This document shows, in pieces, positions 38,880-51,053 of a DNA stretch of 64,000 nt. Numbering within the stretch: position 1 is the stretch's first letter; the number at the start of each line of letters is the position of its first letter. The notes below the pieces were generated by a model. That model made no database searches and was not told the origin of the DNA. It saw only the letters and a program-made list of their open reading frames with translations. Origin of the DNA: the human T2T-CHM13v2.0 reference genome, Homo sapiens. The DNA lies in the NCBI RefSeq assembly GCF_009914755.1, contig NC_060947.1, one strand, 5' to 3'. The position numbers and the translations under genes were made by a program.

Positions 38880-39619
38880 GGTATTAGTCTGTTCTCACAC
38901 TGCCAATAAAAACATACCCAAGACTGGGAAATTTATAAAGGAAAGAGGTTTAATTGACTCACATTTCAGCATGGCTGGGTAGACCTCAGGAAACTTACAA
39001 TCATGGCAAAAGGGGAAGCAAACCTGTCCTTCTTCACATGGTGACAGGAAGGATAAGTGCTAAGCAAAGAAGGAAAAGCCCCTTATAAAGCCATCAGATC
39101 TCATGAGAACTCACTCACTATCATAAGAACAGAAGCATGGAGGTAACTGCCCCCATGATTCAATTACCTCCCACTAGGTCCCTCCCATGACATGTGGGGA
39201 TTATGGGAACTTGCAATTCAATATGGGATTTAGGTGAGGACACAGCTGATACGGTTTGGCTGTATCCCCACCCAAATCTCACCTTGAATTGTAATAATCT
39301 TCTTGTGTCAAGGGTGGGGCCAGGTGAAGTTAATTGAATCATGGGGGCAGTTTCCCCCACATTGTTCCCATGGCAGTGAATAAGTCTCATGAGATCTGAT
39401 GGTTTTGTAAATGGGAGTTCCCCTGCACAAGCTCTCTTGCCTGCTGCCATGTAAGACATCCCTTTGCCCTTCCATCATCTTCCACCATGACTGTGAGGCC
39501 TCCCCAGCCATGTAGAACTGTGAGTCTATTAAACCTCTTTCCTTTATAAATTACCCAGTCTTTAGTATATATTTATTAGCAGCGTGAGAACAGCCTAATA
39601 CAATATCCAAACCATATCA
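38880..39619 (-). mobile_element. THE1 solo LTR (THE1C/D-like) containing a nested THE1 LTR
   Basis: GTATTAGTCTGTTCTCAC...GGACACAGC | CAAACCATATCA. Perfect TSD TTCTG at 38875-38879 and 39620-39624. Confidence 0.92.
39247..39602 (+). mobile_element. THE1 solo LTR (THE1B/C-like), nested in antisense orientation
   Basis: TGATACGGTTTGGC...CTAATACA. Degenerate TSD ACAGC / ATATC. Confidence 0.92.
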
Positions 39620-42174
39620 TTCTGGGAAGCCCTTTTCCTATCTACCACCTCTGCTTCCCAATATATCCCCAGAGTTAGTGGGGAGGGTGGGTGATATCTT
39701 CAAAGTGACCATACATCCCATCCCTGAGCTTCATCTGAACCCCATTTCTCACATCATTCTTGATTAAGAGCACAGGCTCTAGAATCTTATTATTTACATT
39801 CAAATTTCAGTTACCCACCCCCCCCCCCCCGCCACCCGACCCACCGGACCGTAACTTGCCAACTGGCTCCATCCCTCAGTACCAACTAACACACAAATTG
39901 AAGGAGCTGTAACCATTTCTTTAGCTGAGTTTCTTACAGTGAAGTTGCTTAGTGAATTCCATCATTTGATGGCAGACTCCCTGCCACAACCCTATTAACT
40001 TTGAAAATCTTTTTTTAATGTTTTCATTAAAAGAAAAATATCCTTCTCAATGCATTACATTATTTTATTCATACATAACTAGATATCTAGCTCTTCATTT
40101 TGAACCTAATGCTCATCGTGGGATTTGCTCCTTTGACCTTTATGATCTTGTGGAAATCAGCATAAAATATGTTCTGGGAATTCTTTTTCTAAATATTATT
40201 TTTGACAAGTGCTGGATGTTTTAACTGATCTTTGACTTAAACCCTGGCAGTTTTATCTTTTATGTCTTCCTTTGCTCTTGTGGATGGGTTAGGGTGGTTT
40301 TTCTGAAAAGAATGTCAAAACACAGCAAACGGTTTAGAATAACTCTGTTTATAACCCTTGGTGAGAGGGGAAAGGTCTTGGGAGAGAATTAATAATGTCC
40401 TATTGCTGCTCGCAAAGGACATCAAACAAATTGGTAGTGATCTTGTTTTTCCTGCAAGATAGTACTGAAATTCATAAGGATGAACTAAAGCTGAAGAGCC
40501 TAAAGCCTGGACCAGATGAAAGGGCTATTCTGTGCAGGTCTGGATTGTTCATTAGTGCAAGATGAGAATTCAAAGACAAGATGGCTGGTCAGTAAACTCA
40601 CAGGAGAAATGTATTTATGAATGGAATGAGGGTGTAAGAATTTATAGTCAGAAGCAGTATATGTTTGCTTTTGTCTATATTGTAAAATTATTCTGAACAA
40701 TTTTGAAAATCACTTGCTTCCATCTGCTTCTCAAGGGAATTCTGCCAGGCTACAAGATTTCTCTCTTTCTTCTCCCAGGTCACTGGGCATCAATGGGACA
40801 AATAATCACTCCATGGCATTAGCATGTATATCAAGAAAGAGAAAGTCACTCTTTAATAAAGCTAGAACACACCAATATTTTCTCAGGAGAAATTGCAATT
40901 TTCATTTTTAATCTGCCTTGATAAAGTTGTACAAGATTCAGGACTTTCATTTTTCTCAGGTAAGTAAGGCTCCTTAACTATTATTTCTAGGGCTTTGGTG
41001 GAGCCCTTCACCTCTTGGCCTCCCAAAGAACCCAAGCTACACCCAGGCAATCATATATCACTTATAAAACACAACATGCAATGAAGGCTTAACTTCTAGG
41101 GCAGGAAGTGGCATGAATATACCTGCAGTTTGATGCAAGTATTCTAGGAGGAAAACAGTTCTCATTTACAACCAAAACGTGCACCCAGGAAGGGACAAAT
41201 TTTCAGAGCCCCAGATAAGGAGGCAAGTGGCCAGGGTTCCTGACCCAGCTGTCCCACAAACTCTCTATATGACCATGAGCAGGCAGCCTGCAATTTCCCC
41301 ATCTCTAATATGAACAGGTTTGACTAAGTGAAATCTAAGGAGCTTTTCTGCGCTAAAGTTGAGGTGCTTCCCTACACACTATGCAGCTGTGTCCCAGTGT
41401 GGCTTTTGGGATCCATTTCTGTGTCCAGGCTCTTTCCATACTTCTGCACTATACATTTCTATTTACTCCCTTCCTCTGCACCTTACTCATCATTTTTCTT
41501 TTTCTCTTTGTTTCTCTAACCCCATTTCTTCCCTTTCCCCTCACCCTACATTAGGATTAAGTAAATTCCCTTTGGGATCTTTTTAATGTTCAAGTGGCAT
41601 TTAGATGTTAACAAAGCTACCAACCTCTGCTCTCTTAACAAACCAGGCTTTTTTATTTTAAATCAAATTTCAAAATATATGCAAGAAGCTCTTAATACCC
41701 ACAGGTTATGATGAGGCGTTCTAGAGATCCTGCAGTAATGCTGTTTCCATCTGGCACTCAGGGACTCTTTCACCAGGCTGCTGACATCTTGTCTGCATTC
41801 AGCAGTTCCCCTAACCTCACTGTTCCCCCTACCCCAAGGAGTTTCCCAGGGCTAGAGAGACAAGCTGATTGTATGTGGCCCTTCTGGAAACCAAGATGCT
41901 CTAACTTGAAGAGAGTACAGCTGTTAGTTACTTGGCCAGGACCCACTCAAACAGTCATGGTGGACCTCTCCACAAGGTGGCCATTCTAGCCTTGTGTGGC
42001 CACTGTTTGAACAACTTGCAATGCTCCATCTCTCATGTACATGTGGAGTAAATCACATTCTTATTTGTTTTATAATTTGCACAGAAGATATCTGCAGCCC
42101 TTTAGGTCCTCCACAATCACAAAATATTCCTTTGCCTCTGATCTGGGACATTGGGAAATTAATATAAGCTAACG

Positions 42175-42380
42175 TCTATTTGCCAAGCGCTCAGTCCCTC
42201 CTCACCATGACTCCATGGGGTAGATGCTATTATTAACATCCCTATTCTGCAGCTGAGGAAATTGAGGCATGGAGATGTTATGCAATTTGCCAGAACATAT
42301 ACAGTTAAGCAAGGAGCTGAGCTGAGTATCAAACCAAGGTAGCCTGGATGAAAGCATAGGTACTTAACCACTATACCATG
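42175..42380 (-). mobile_element. MIR SINE
   Basis: CCCTATTCTGCAGCTGAGGAAATTGAGGCATGGAG..CTTAACCACTATACCATG. Confidence 0.75.
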
Positions 42381-43130
42381 TTCACGTTTTCTTTTCCCCA
42401 GTTCCACAGCCAGTCAGTGGTGGGACTAGAAAAAGAATCCATGTCTGTCTGGGGATAGAGCCCACATCCTCAGCCAGTATGTCCTGTGGAGGCATGGTGG
42501 GGTTATGAAGCAGGCTGACCATGATGTGCCTTCTTTCTTGTGATTCTGATGCTGTAATAATTGAAGTGGGGCAGGAGAAACACAACCAACAGTTGTAGAT
42601 ATTCAGGCTTTGGGGTATCACTTTGTAAAGGAGAAACCTGAAACTAAATGCGTACCATGAGAATTACAGAACTACCAAACTAAAATGGCAGGGAAATTGT
42701 AATATCTAAAATCAGCTTGAGGCAGAATCTAATAAAGAGGGGTGGGGGTTCAGTAACTTTTTGCATTCACACAATAAACTAATAAACTTGGCAATTGTCA
42801 TAATATTTGGTTTCATCGAGAACAGAGCCTGTTTGCAACAGGGAATAACTTAATCTGTTAATTAAATACAAAATTCGGTTCTCATAAAAACATAATAATT
42901 AACCTTTTCTTACTTTAGGATAGCTGCATCAGCAGATACTGGAATTTCTCAAGAAAGGAAATAAGGGGGTACTTATGTCTGTAATGCTCACTATTGCTTT
43001 GCTGCTGTAGATTTGCAAGTTCAGCACTCAGGAGACTTTTTTTTTAACTTTTAGATGTTTTTTATTTATTACAATTAGTGTATGCTACTATCTGGCAACA
43101 GTAGATGACTCAGTTAAATTCATGTTACTT

Positions 43131-43670
43131 TGGATATATACCCAGTAATGGGATATACCCAAAGGATTATAAATTATGCTGCTATAAAGACATATGCACA
43201 CATATGTTTATTGTGGCACTATTCACAATAGCAAAGACTTGGAACCAACCCAAATGTCCAACAACGATAGAGTGGATTAAGAAAATGTGGCACGTATACA
43301 CCATGGAATACTATGCAGCCATCAAAAATGATGAGTTCATGTCCTTTGTAGGGACATGGATGAAACTGGAAAACATCATTCTCAGCAAACTGTTGCAAGG
43401 ACAAAAAACCGAACACCGCATGTTCTCACTCATAGGTGGGAATTGAACAATGAGAACACATGGACACAGGAAGGGGAACATCACACACTAGGGACTGTTG
43501 TGGAGGGGGGAGGGGGGAGGGATAGCATTAGGAGATATACCTAATGCTAAATGACGAGTTAATGGGTGCAGCACACCAACATGGCACATGTGTACATATG
43601 TAACAAACCTGCACGTTGTGCACATGTACCCTAGAACTTAAAAGTATAATAATAATAAAAATTAAAAAAA
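43131..43670 (+). mobile_element. Short L1PA (PA4/5-like) 3' end with a 5' micro-inversion
   Basis: Perfect 15-bp TSD AAATTCATGTTACTT at 43116-43130 and 43671-43685. ORF2 C-terminus, 3'UTR and A tail present. Confidence 0.96.
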
Positions 43671-43889
43671 AAATTCATGTTACTTGAGCTACAAAAGATT
43701 CCTAGAGGAGTGTCCTGCTGTGAATTTCTACTTCTTTAAACCCAACTAACCCCTCCACCCCCAAAATTCATTTTTAACACTTTAAGAAGCAAATTAATTG
43801 ATCATTAATTGATATGGTAGATAATTAAATAGAACAAGATTGAAGGGATTAACGCTTGAATATAGGGCCAATCACAAACGTCTGTGCAA

Positions 43890-44100
43890 GTAGGATGGTG
43901 CAATAGTTAAGCACCCAGGTATTCCAATAGACCAGGCTTGATAACCCAGCTCTTCCACTTATTGAGCTGCAGAATCATAGGTCAGTTACCTAACATCTCA
44001 AAGGCTCCTTTCCTTGTTTGGGGTTAATGATAGGTTCCTATTTCATAGTGCCACTGATGTAAAGATTAAGCAAGACAGCAAGACTGAAGAGCTTGGCCCA
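43890..44100 (+). mobile_element. MIR SINE
   Basis: ATAGTTAAGCAC..CCCAGCTCTTCCACTTA..AGTTACCTAACATCTC. Confidence 0.65.
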
Positions 44101-44329
44101 GAGCCATCTACATTCTCCCTTTGATAAGCTAGGCTGTACTAATCCTTTGGTTTTCCAGAAGAGCCAGGCTCTCTCTGGTCTCTTTTAAGGGCTTATAGTC
44201 CCCTTCACTTGGCCAGAAACACAACCTGCCATGTCCATTGCCTTCTCTTGGCTCCCTCCTGCATGTCTTCCAGGCATGTATTCAGATGTGACTTTCCTTA
44301 AGAAGTCTTTCTTATTGTTAATTGTGTTA

Positions 44330-44560
44330 AGTGTGATAACAGTTATGTTGAAAACAAGTTTTTAAATTTAAAGATGTGCAGGAAAGTATGTATGGGTGAA
44401 ATGAAATAACGTCCGATTTGCTTTGAAATAATACTTCAGGAGAAAATGGGAAGAAGAAAGTACATGAAATAAGGTTGGCAAGATGCTGGTAACTATTAAA
44501 GCTGGGATATGGGTACACAGGGGTTTAATATAGAATTCTCTTTACTTTAGGGTATATTTA
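44330..44560 (+). mobile_element. Ancient L1M (ME/MC-like) 3' end
   Basis: GATTTGCTTTGAAATAAT..AAGCTGGGATATGGGTACACAGGGGTTTAATAT. Confidence 0.65.
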
Positions 44561-45469
44561 TATACAGATCCCCAGTAATGACTGTAGCCTCCAAAACTAT
44601 CATTATCTGAATAAATGTAAAGATGTTTTTGAGTATATATTTAAGATATATTTAAAAAAATCTTCCTTAAATACCCTATTCAGCTTATTTAGGTGTCCCT
44701 CCTAGATAATCCTTAACAGCAGTATTATATCATCCCATTAGTGCTACCTAATTATCTGTTCCCTGGATGGTCCCCACTATTAGACCATGAAATCCTTGAA
44801 GGTAAGAATCAGTGTATTATTCATTTATGTATCACCACACCTGAAGCAAAACATATAAATGTAAGATGAACACTATGAAAAAAATATTCATTGAGTTAAA
44901 TAAACATTTTATTTAGAATGCCTCTTTCATGCTTTGAAGGCTTGTTCTCCAAGGAGCTTGTTATCAGGACCTTCCTAAAGGAGTCTTAGGTGCTGAGAGT
45001 TCTGTCCTATATCAGGCACTGGCTCTTGGAACTAATTAAAGAGAAAAGCCATTGTAACACATCCTTATGCTAACAGTCAAAAACTCTCTGTCACTAATTG
45101 TCTTTAGTTAGAAAGAGGTGAATTTCCACTTTGTCCAAAGAATGCAACATTCACTTTCTCCCAACAGCTTTAAGCTGTAACTTTGACTTAACAAATGTGT
45201 GCATAACACTTCCTTAACAGTTCCCCAGTAATGCCGGTAGCCTCCAAAACTATCATGATCTAAATAAATATAAAGATGTTTTTGAGGGTATATTTAAGAT
45301 ATATTTATGATAGCATTGATGGTACTGCTCCTGCCTCCAAAACATTTACTTTCCTGTCACTTTTACATTGTGTATACAGGTAAGAACATATTTTTAGAAA
45401 ATATGGTATGTTTCTGAAGATCAAAATATGATGTTAGCATACATCCCACTTAATTGTCAAAGCTTAATA

Positions 45470-45813
45470 ACATGGCAGGGGTGATGGGAGTTTGGGGAGA
45501 TGTTGGTTAAATGATACAACATTTTAGTTAAATAGGAGGAATAAGTTCAAGGGATCTATTGTACAACATGGTGACTATAGTTAATAACAACGTATTGTCT
45601 TTTAAAAATTGCTATGAGAGTAGATTTTAACTATTCTTACCACAAAAAATAAATATGTGAAGTAATACATGTGTTAACTAGCTTATTTTGGGTATTCCAT
45701 AGTGTATGCATATTTCAAAACAACATGTTGTGCACAATAAATATACACAATTTGTATTTGTCAATTAAAATAAACAAATGTATGTGTTAAAAAACAAAAA
45801 AAACAAAAAAAAA
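45470..45813 (+). mobile_element. L1MA (MA8-10-like) 3' end
   Basis: GGGGAGATGTTGGTTAAA..GGAGGAATAAGTTCAAG..GGTGACTATAGTTAATAAC, followed by an A-rich tail. Confidence 0.85.
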
Positions 45814-46099
45814 ACCCCGTAGCACTATTCAGCCTATCTTGAAGCACTGGGGCCATTCATCGTTAAGTAATTAGAGGCAAGTTAGTCACCCATTCAATAA
45901 ATATCTGTTAGGATCTTTTCATACATGCCAAACCATCTTTTAGGCACTGGGAATACATTGAAGAACAAACCACATAAACACTCCTGCCATCATGGAGTTT
46001 ACATTTTAGAGAATTCCACTAGTCCCATGTTAGAGATGCAAACAACTAGCGTAGGCAGTTCTCACTGGGAGCTATTCACTGAGGAGCTTGTTGCACTAC

Positions 46100-47705
46100 A
46101 CTCCTTCCATCTCATCTACTAGTCAAGGACCTTGTCCTAATCATTCTCCTATCTGTCTCCTGAGTCATCAATGTTATTTTCTCTACTAGATCATTTTCAC
46201 AAATGTATACACATAATGTATCCCAATCAAGAAAAAATGCTCTTGACCCCACATTTCTCTCTAGTTACCACTCTACTTCTTTGCCCCTTTATAGAGTAAA
46301 AACTCCTTTAAAAAATTGCCTGTATTGATTTTCTTTACTTTGTCTCCCCCTAAATGGTCATTTTATCTCCTTTCATTCTCTCTGGAACCTGTTCATATCA
46401 AACATTCCCTTCCACCAGTATGGCTTTTGTCAAAGTTACCTATGACCTCTACTTTGTTAAACCTGATGATTGACTCCTAGTACTTATGTTGCCTAACCTG
46501 TCAGAAGCATTTATCTCAGTTGATCAATTTCTTCTCTTTGAAAAACGTCTGGGACAGCACATTCTCCTGAGCTTCCTCTTCCCTCACAAGCCATTCCTTC
46601 TCAATCTCCTTTGCTGGTTTTCCCTCTTTCTTCCACCTTTTATCTTTACTCCATCTACACTCACCCCTATGTTGCTATTGCCAAATTTCCTGGCTTTACT
46701 GTCTATATGCCAATCACTGCCAAATGTCTATCCCCAGCCCAGATTTCTTCCCTGAACTCTAGGCTCCTACATCCACCTGCCTACTCAACATCCCTACTTG
46801 GCGTCTTAAAGTTCACATAACCCAAACTGATCTCCTCATTCTTCAGTCCCCAAATATGCTCCTTCTAGAGTGTTCTCTAGATCAGTAAATGGCAACTCTA
46901 ACCTCCCATTTTCCCGGTCAAAAAATCTCAAGCCATGCTTCACTACTCTCTCTTTTTTTTCACCCTACATGCTATCCTCTAGCAAGTCCTTTCAGCTTTA
47001 CCTTCAAAATTTATCCAGAACAGAATAATTTCTCCTAACATCTACTGATCCCATCTTGGTTCAAGCCACCATCATTTCTTGATTGAATGTTCTCTACAGT
47101 AGCCTCCTATGTGATTTCTCTACCTCTACTCTTGCCCTCTACAGTCTATTTTCTTCACAGCAGACTGAGTAATTATGTTAGAATACAAGTCAGCTCCTGT
47201 CATTGTCCTCTTTAGAGCTTTCCAATAGCTTTCTATTTATTTTCGTGTAAAAGTCAAATTTCTACAGCCACCTATAAGACCCCCTAAACTTATTCCTTTT
47301 GCCTGAAATAGTCTTCTCACAGATATCCACATGGCTTGCTCTTGCCCCTCCTTCGGCTCCTTGCTCAAATATCACCTTCTCAGTAAGACCTTCCCCAACT
47401 GCCCTATTCTCCACACCCTACCTCTCACCTATTTTGTTTTTATCCATAGAACTTTGTCATCATTTAACATACTGTGTATTTTACTTTCTTGTTTATTGTC
47501 TACCCCTCTGCTGCTCACCCAGAGAATACAAACACTAAAGAGAATCAGGGATTGTTGTCTGTTTTATTCATTGTTGAATACCTAGTATATAAAAAAGATT
47601 GTTGTCTGTTTTATTCATTGTTGAATACCTAGTATATAAAACAATCCTGGACACATGGTAGGCACTCAGTAATATTGTTGACTACTTGAATGAATGAATA
47701 AATGA
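46100..47705 (+). mobile_element. L2 LINE, ~1.6 kb 3' portion
   Basis: Pyrimidine-rich L2 ORF2 relic ending ACATGGTAGGCACTCAGTAAT..TGAATGAATGAAT. Confidence 0.88.
47550..47641. repeat. Perfect tandem duplication, period 47
   Basis: GATTGTTGTCTGTTTTATTCATTGTTGAATACCTAGTATATAAAA at 47550-47594 and 47597-47641. Confidence 0.97.
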
Positions 47706-48969
47706 AAATTTATTCTTATACAGGTATAGGAGACACACTAAACAACAAGACATGGTCCTTGCCCCAAAAAGTCCATGGTGGAAAGTAGAGAAATATAAAA
47801 GTTAACAGAATTTCTATTCAATATGTTGATTGCAGTCCTAGGTATGAATGTCAAGAAGGCTATGGGAACACATGGTAGATAATAAATGCTTACCACAGTT
47901 TTAATGAATGATTTCCAGTTAGTTTTACTAAGAAGAGAAACACTTCTCTTGAGACACTGACAGTCTCCTAATGACTCCTGTCCTTTACAATCCCTGAGGA
48001 AGGACTGGAAACTAAAGAGAAACTGTTGATATTACAGTGTCTAGCTTTACCATTGGAAATGTAAAGCATTGATCTTTGCTACTTGTTAAAATCACAAAGT
48101 AAAAACGGTGTTAAACTGAAAGCAAACGGCAAAAATGTGCCAGGATAGGTAGTACCCAAGAGGATTCCGATGAGACTTATTACTCTGCATTAAGATGTAA
48201 ATTGCATAGTCCTTTGAGTCAATATTTGCCGATTGTATATTTCCTTTAGCCAAAGGTGAGTCAGTTTGAGGAGTAAAAATAAAATAACAAAAGCATGAAT
48301 TGCTGAAATGAACCTTCGCCCTGCTGCTAAAACTTTGCACTGACACTGTGTCTGACAACAAAGCAATAGATTGGGAAATGAAAAAGTGAGTCAACCAATT
48401 GTTCTGCCCACATGACATAAATGCTTTGACTTCTTTACCCACTGAATTGATAGTGTGTATGTGTGGTTTGAAGAGTAGAAAATGGGGCAGTGGAGGGGAG
48501 GGTATTTTGAAAAGCAGTTGGTTCCACATCATTCTCTTTCTCATAATCTGACTTTTCCTGGGTGGTGAATGATTGAGAGTCAGCATAAACTGTTCCGCAG
48601 CTATCCCAAACATAGTTTGCATACTGTGGTTCCAAATACTCCTGTTTCATTTTTCTTCACATCCAGGGAATAGTACATTTTGATCTGTACTAGAAGCAGA
48701 CAAAGTCATCATAGGGGCCATTAGTAATTGGTACTATGGAGTAGGTATGCTCACTCAACTAAGTGGAGTGCAGAGAATGAGAAAACCAGATCAAGGCTGG
48801 GCTCTTTGGAATCCCTACTTTGAAGGAGCCCATGAAAGAGAGAATGTAAGGGTGGTGGTCAGAGAAGTTGGAATAGTGGTCCATTTCAGTAGTGAAGGAA
48901 AGAAAGGATTTATGATAGAGGTCTGCAATGTCACATGCCTCTGAGAGGTCAAATCAGATGAGAACTAAC

Positions 48970-49410
48970 CACAAGGTGGAAGCAACCTAAATGCCCATCA
49001 ACTGATGAATGGATAAGCAAAGTGTGGTAAATCCATATAATGCAATATTATTCAACCTTCAAAAGGAATAAAGTACTGATACGTGCTACAACATGGATAA
49101 AAAGTATGCTAAATAAAGGAAGCCAGTTACAAAAGACCACACATTGTATAATCCCACTTTGATGAGATGTCTAGAAAAAGCAAATCCATAGAGACGGAAA
49201 GCAGATTAATAATTGCTAGGGGCTGAGGGGATTGAGGGGAAATGGGGAGAGACCCTGATTAATGAGAACAGGGTCTCCTTTTGGGGTGATGGCAATATTT
49301 TAGGACTAGAGGTGATCATTGCACAACAAGTGAATGTACTAAATGTCATTGAATTATACACTTTAAAATGTTAATTTTATGTTAATGTGAATTTTACCTC
49401 GATAAAAAAA
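48970..49410 (+). mobile_element. L1MB 3' end inserted in antisense L2 (~48740-49900)
   Basis: GGAAGCAACCTAAATGCCCATCAACTGATGAATGG..GAATTATACACTTTAAAATG. L2 motifs on both sides. Confidence 0.82.
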
Positions 49411-50755
49411 GACAAGGACTGAGCATGACCCTTGGGTTAAGAGGTCATTAAGATTTCCATAAGAGCAGTGTCAGTGGTGCAGTGAGGAAGAAGTCAGACT
49501 CTAGTCAGTTGAGTAATGACTGGATATTGAGAAAGGGGATGCAAGGAGTATACAGAAATCTTTCCAGAAGTAGAAAGATAAAGTTAGAGTTGGAGGGTTA
49601 AAGGAGGATATTGTTTATTCACTCAACAATGCAGGAGACTTAGGCCGTTGTATTTACTAAGGAGAGGCAACTAGTGGAGAGAAAGGGGCTGAGAATACAG
49701 GAGAGACAAATAGAGTGAGTTTTCTACAGAGGCAATTGGGATGGGAGCCAGAGGTAAAGAGGTTCACTTTAAATAAAAGATGGAACTATGCATCCTATGG
49801 GAGGCAGGCAAAAGTGATGCTAAGGCAGATGAGGGTATATAGAGGAAGTTGAAGATTTTCCAATCTATTCACATTCTCTCTATGAGATCGGAAGCAAAGG
49901 CAATATATAGAGGAATGATTAAAACTGGCTAGTTGAAATAGCCCCCGTGTGATTACCGGAAATTGACTGACTTTTCCTTTCCTATAGCCCTTAATGAGGG
50001 AACAAAGACTGTTCTCAAGAGTCTTTCATTTTAATTTATTTCAGTTGTCTATATTGGGCTCATTTTAAAAAAATTCTATAACTCCTCACTCCCCACCACA
50101 CACATGAATTTAAATTTTGAATTCCATTTGTCTAATGAGTAAATATATTTATAACATTAAAATAACAGTAAACCCAGTGAGCCCTCCAATTCTAATAATC
50201 TTAAAGTACAGTATCTGAGGCATCTGAAGTTCAGTGCCTTAGAGAGTTAATTAAGTCAAGTTAATTGGAAAAAATCTAATCTCCAGATAGGTAACATGGT
50301 TGATTATCTTGTTTATGCTTAAACAGAATAACAGAGGTCATTACAATACTTTTTAGAACATTATTGATTGATACATAATTTCTTAATTAATTTTGATTGA
50401 CAATATCTTGCCTCTTGAATTTACTCTTTCATCAGAATGTCCTTAGCACAATTGATCTATTGAAATCATGATGATTTAGCAAATGATCATTTGTATAATT
50501 TAGTTTTAACATACAAAATACCCTGGCATTTGGCATTTTACTGACACTCTGTGTAAGCCAGCACATTCACACATACGTGTGGCATGCTACCAAGGGCCAA
50601 ACTGAAAGGATGAAAGTTTCTGGGAGCAGTAGAGGTACCAATGAGTAGTTTGGACAAGATTTTTAGCACCCCCCACCCTCCTTAATCTCCATAGCTTTCC
50701 CCCACTCTGAAGCTACTTCAAGTAAACATATGCTCTAGGTAAAAACTATGGGCTT

Positions 50756-51053
50756 GGTCAAGTGCAGTGGCTCACGCCTGTAATCCCAACACCTTGGCAG
50801 GCTGAGGTGGGAGGATCGCTTGAGCTCAGGAGTTTGAGACCAACCTAGTCAACATAGCAAGACCCCATCTCTACAAAAAATGTAAAAATTAGCCAAGTGT
50901 AATGGTGCATGCCTGTAGTTCCAGCTACTTGGGAGGTTGAGGTAGGAAGATTGCTTGAGCCCAGGAGGTTGGGGCTGTAGTGAACCATGATTGGGTCACT
51001 GCATTCCAGCCTGGGCAACAGAGTGAGACCGTCTCTCAGGAAAAAAAAAAAAA
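50756..51053 (+). mobile_element. AluJ SINE
   Basis: GGAGGATCGCTTGAGC..CAACATAGCAAGACCCC..GGGGCTGTAGTGAACCATGAT are J-family features. A tail present. Confidence 0.93.

Noticed and set aside
42810-42892. Weak inverted repeat GTTTCATCGAGAACAGA / TCGGTTCTCATAAAAAC
   Set aside because: Several mismatches in AT-rich DNA, so it cannot be distinguished from chance or an unidentifiable ancient transposon.
48092-48622. 176-aa minus-strand ORF in unique DNA
   Set aside because: No recognisable domain, composition typical of AT-rich non-coding DNA, and no supporting splice structure. An enhancer explanation fits better.
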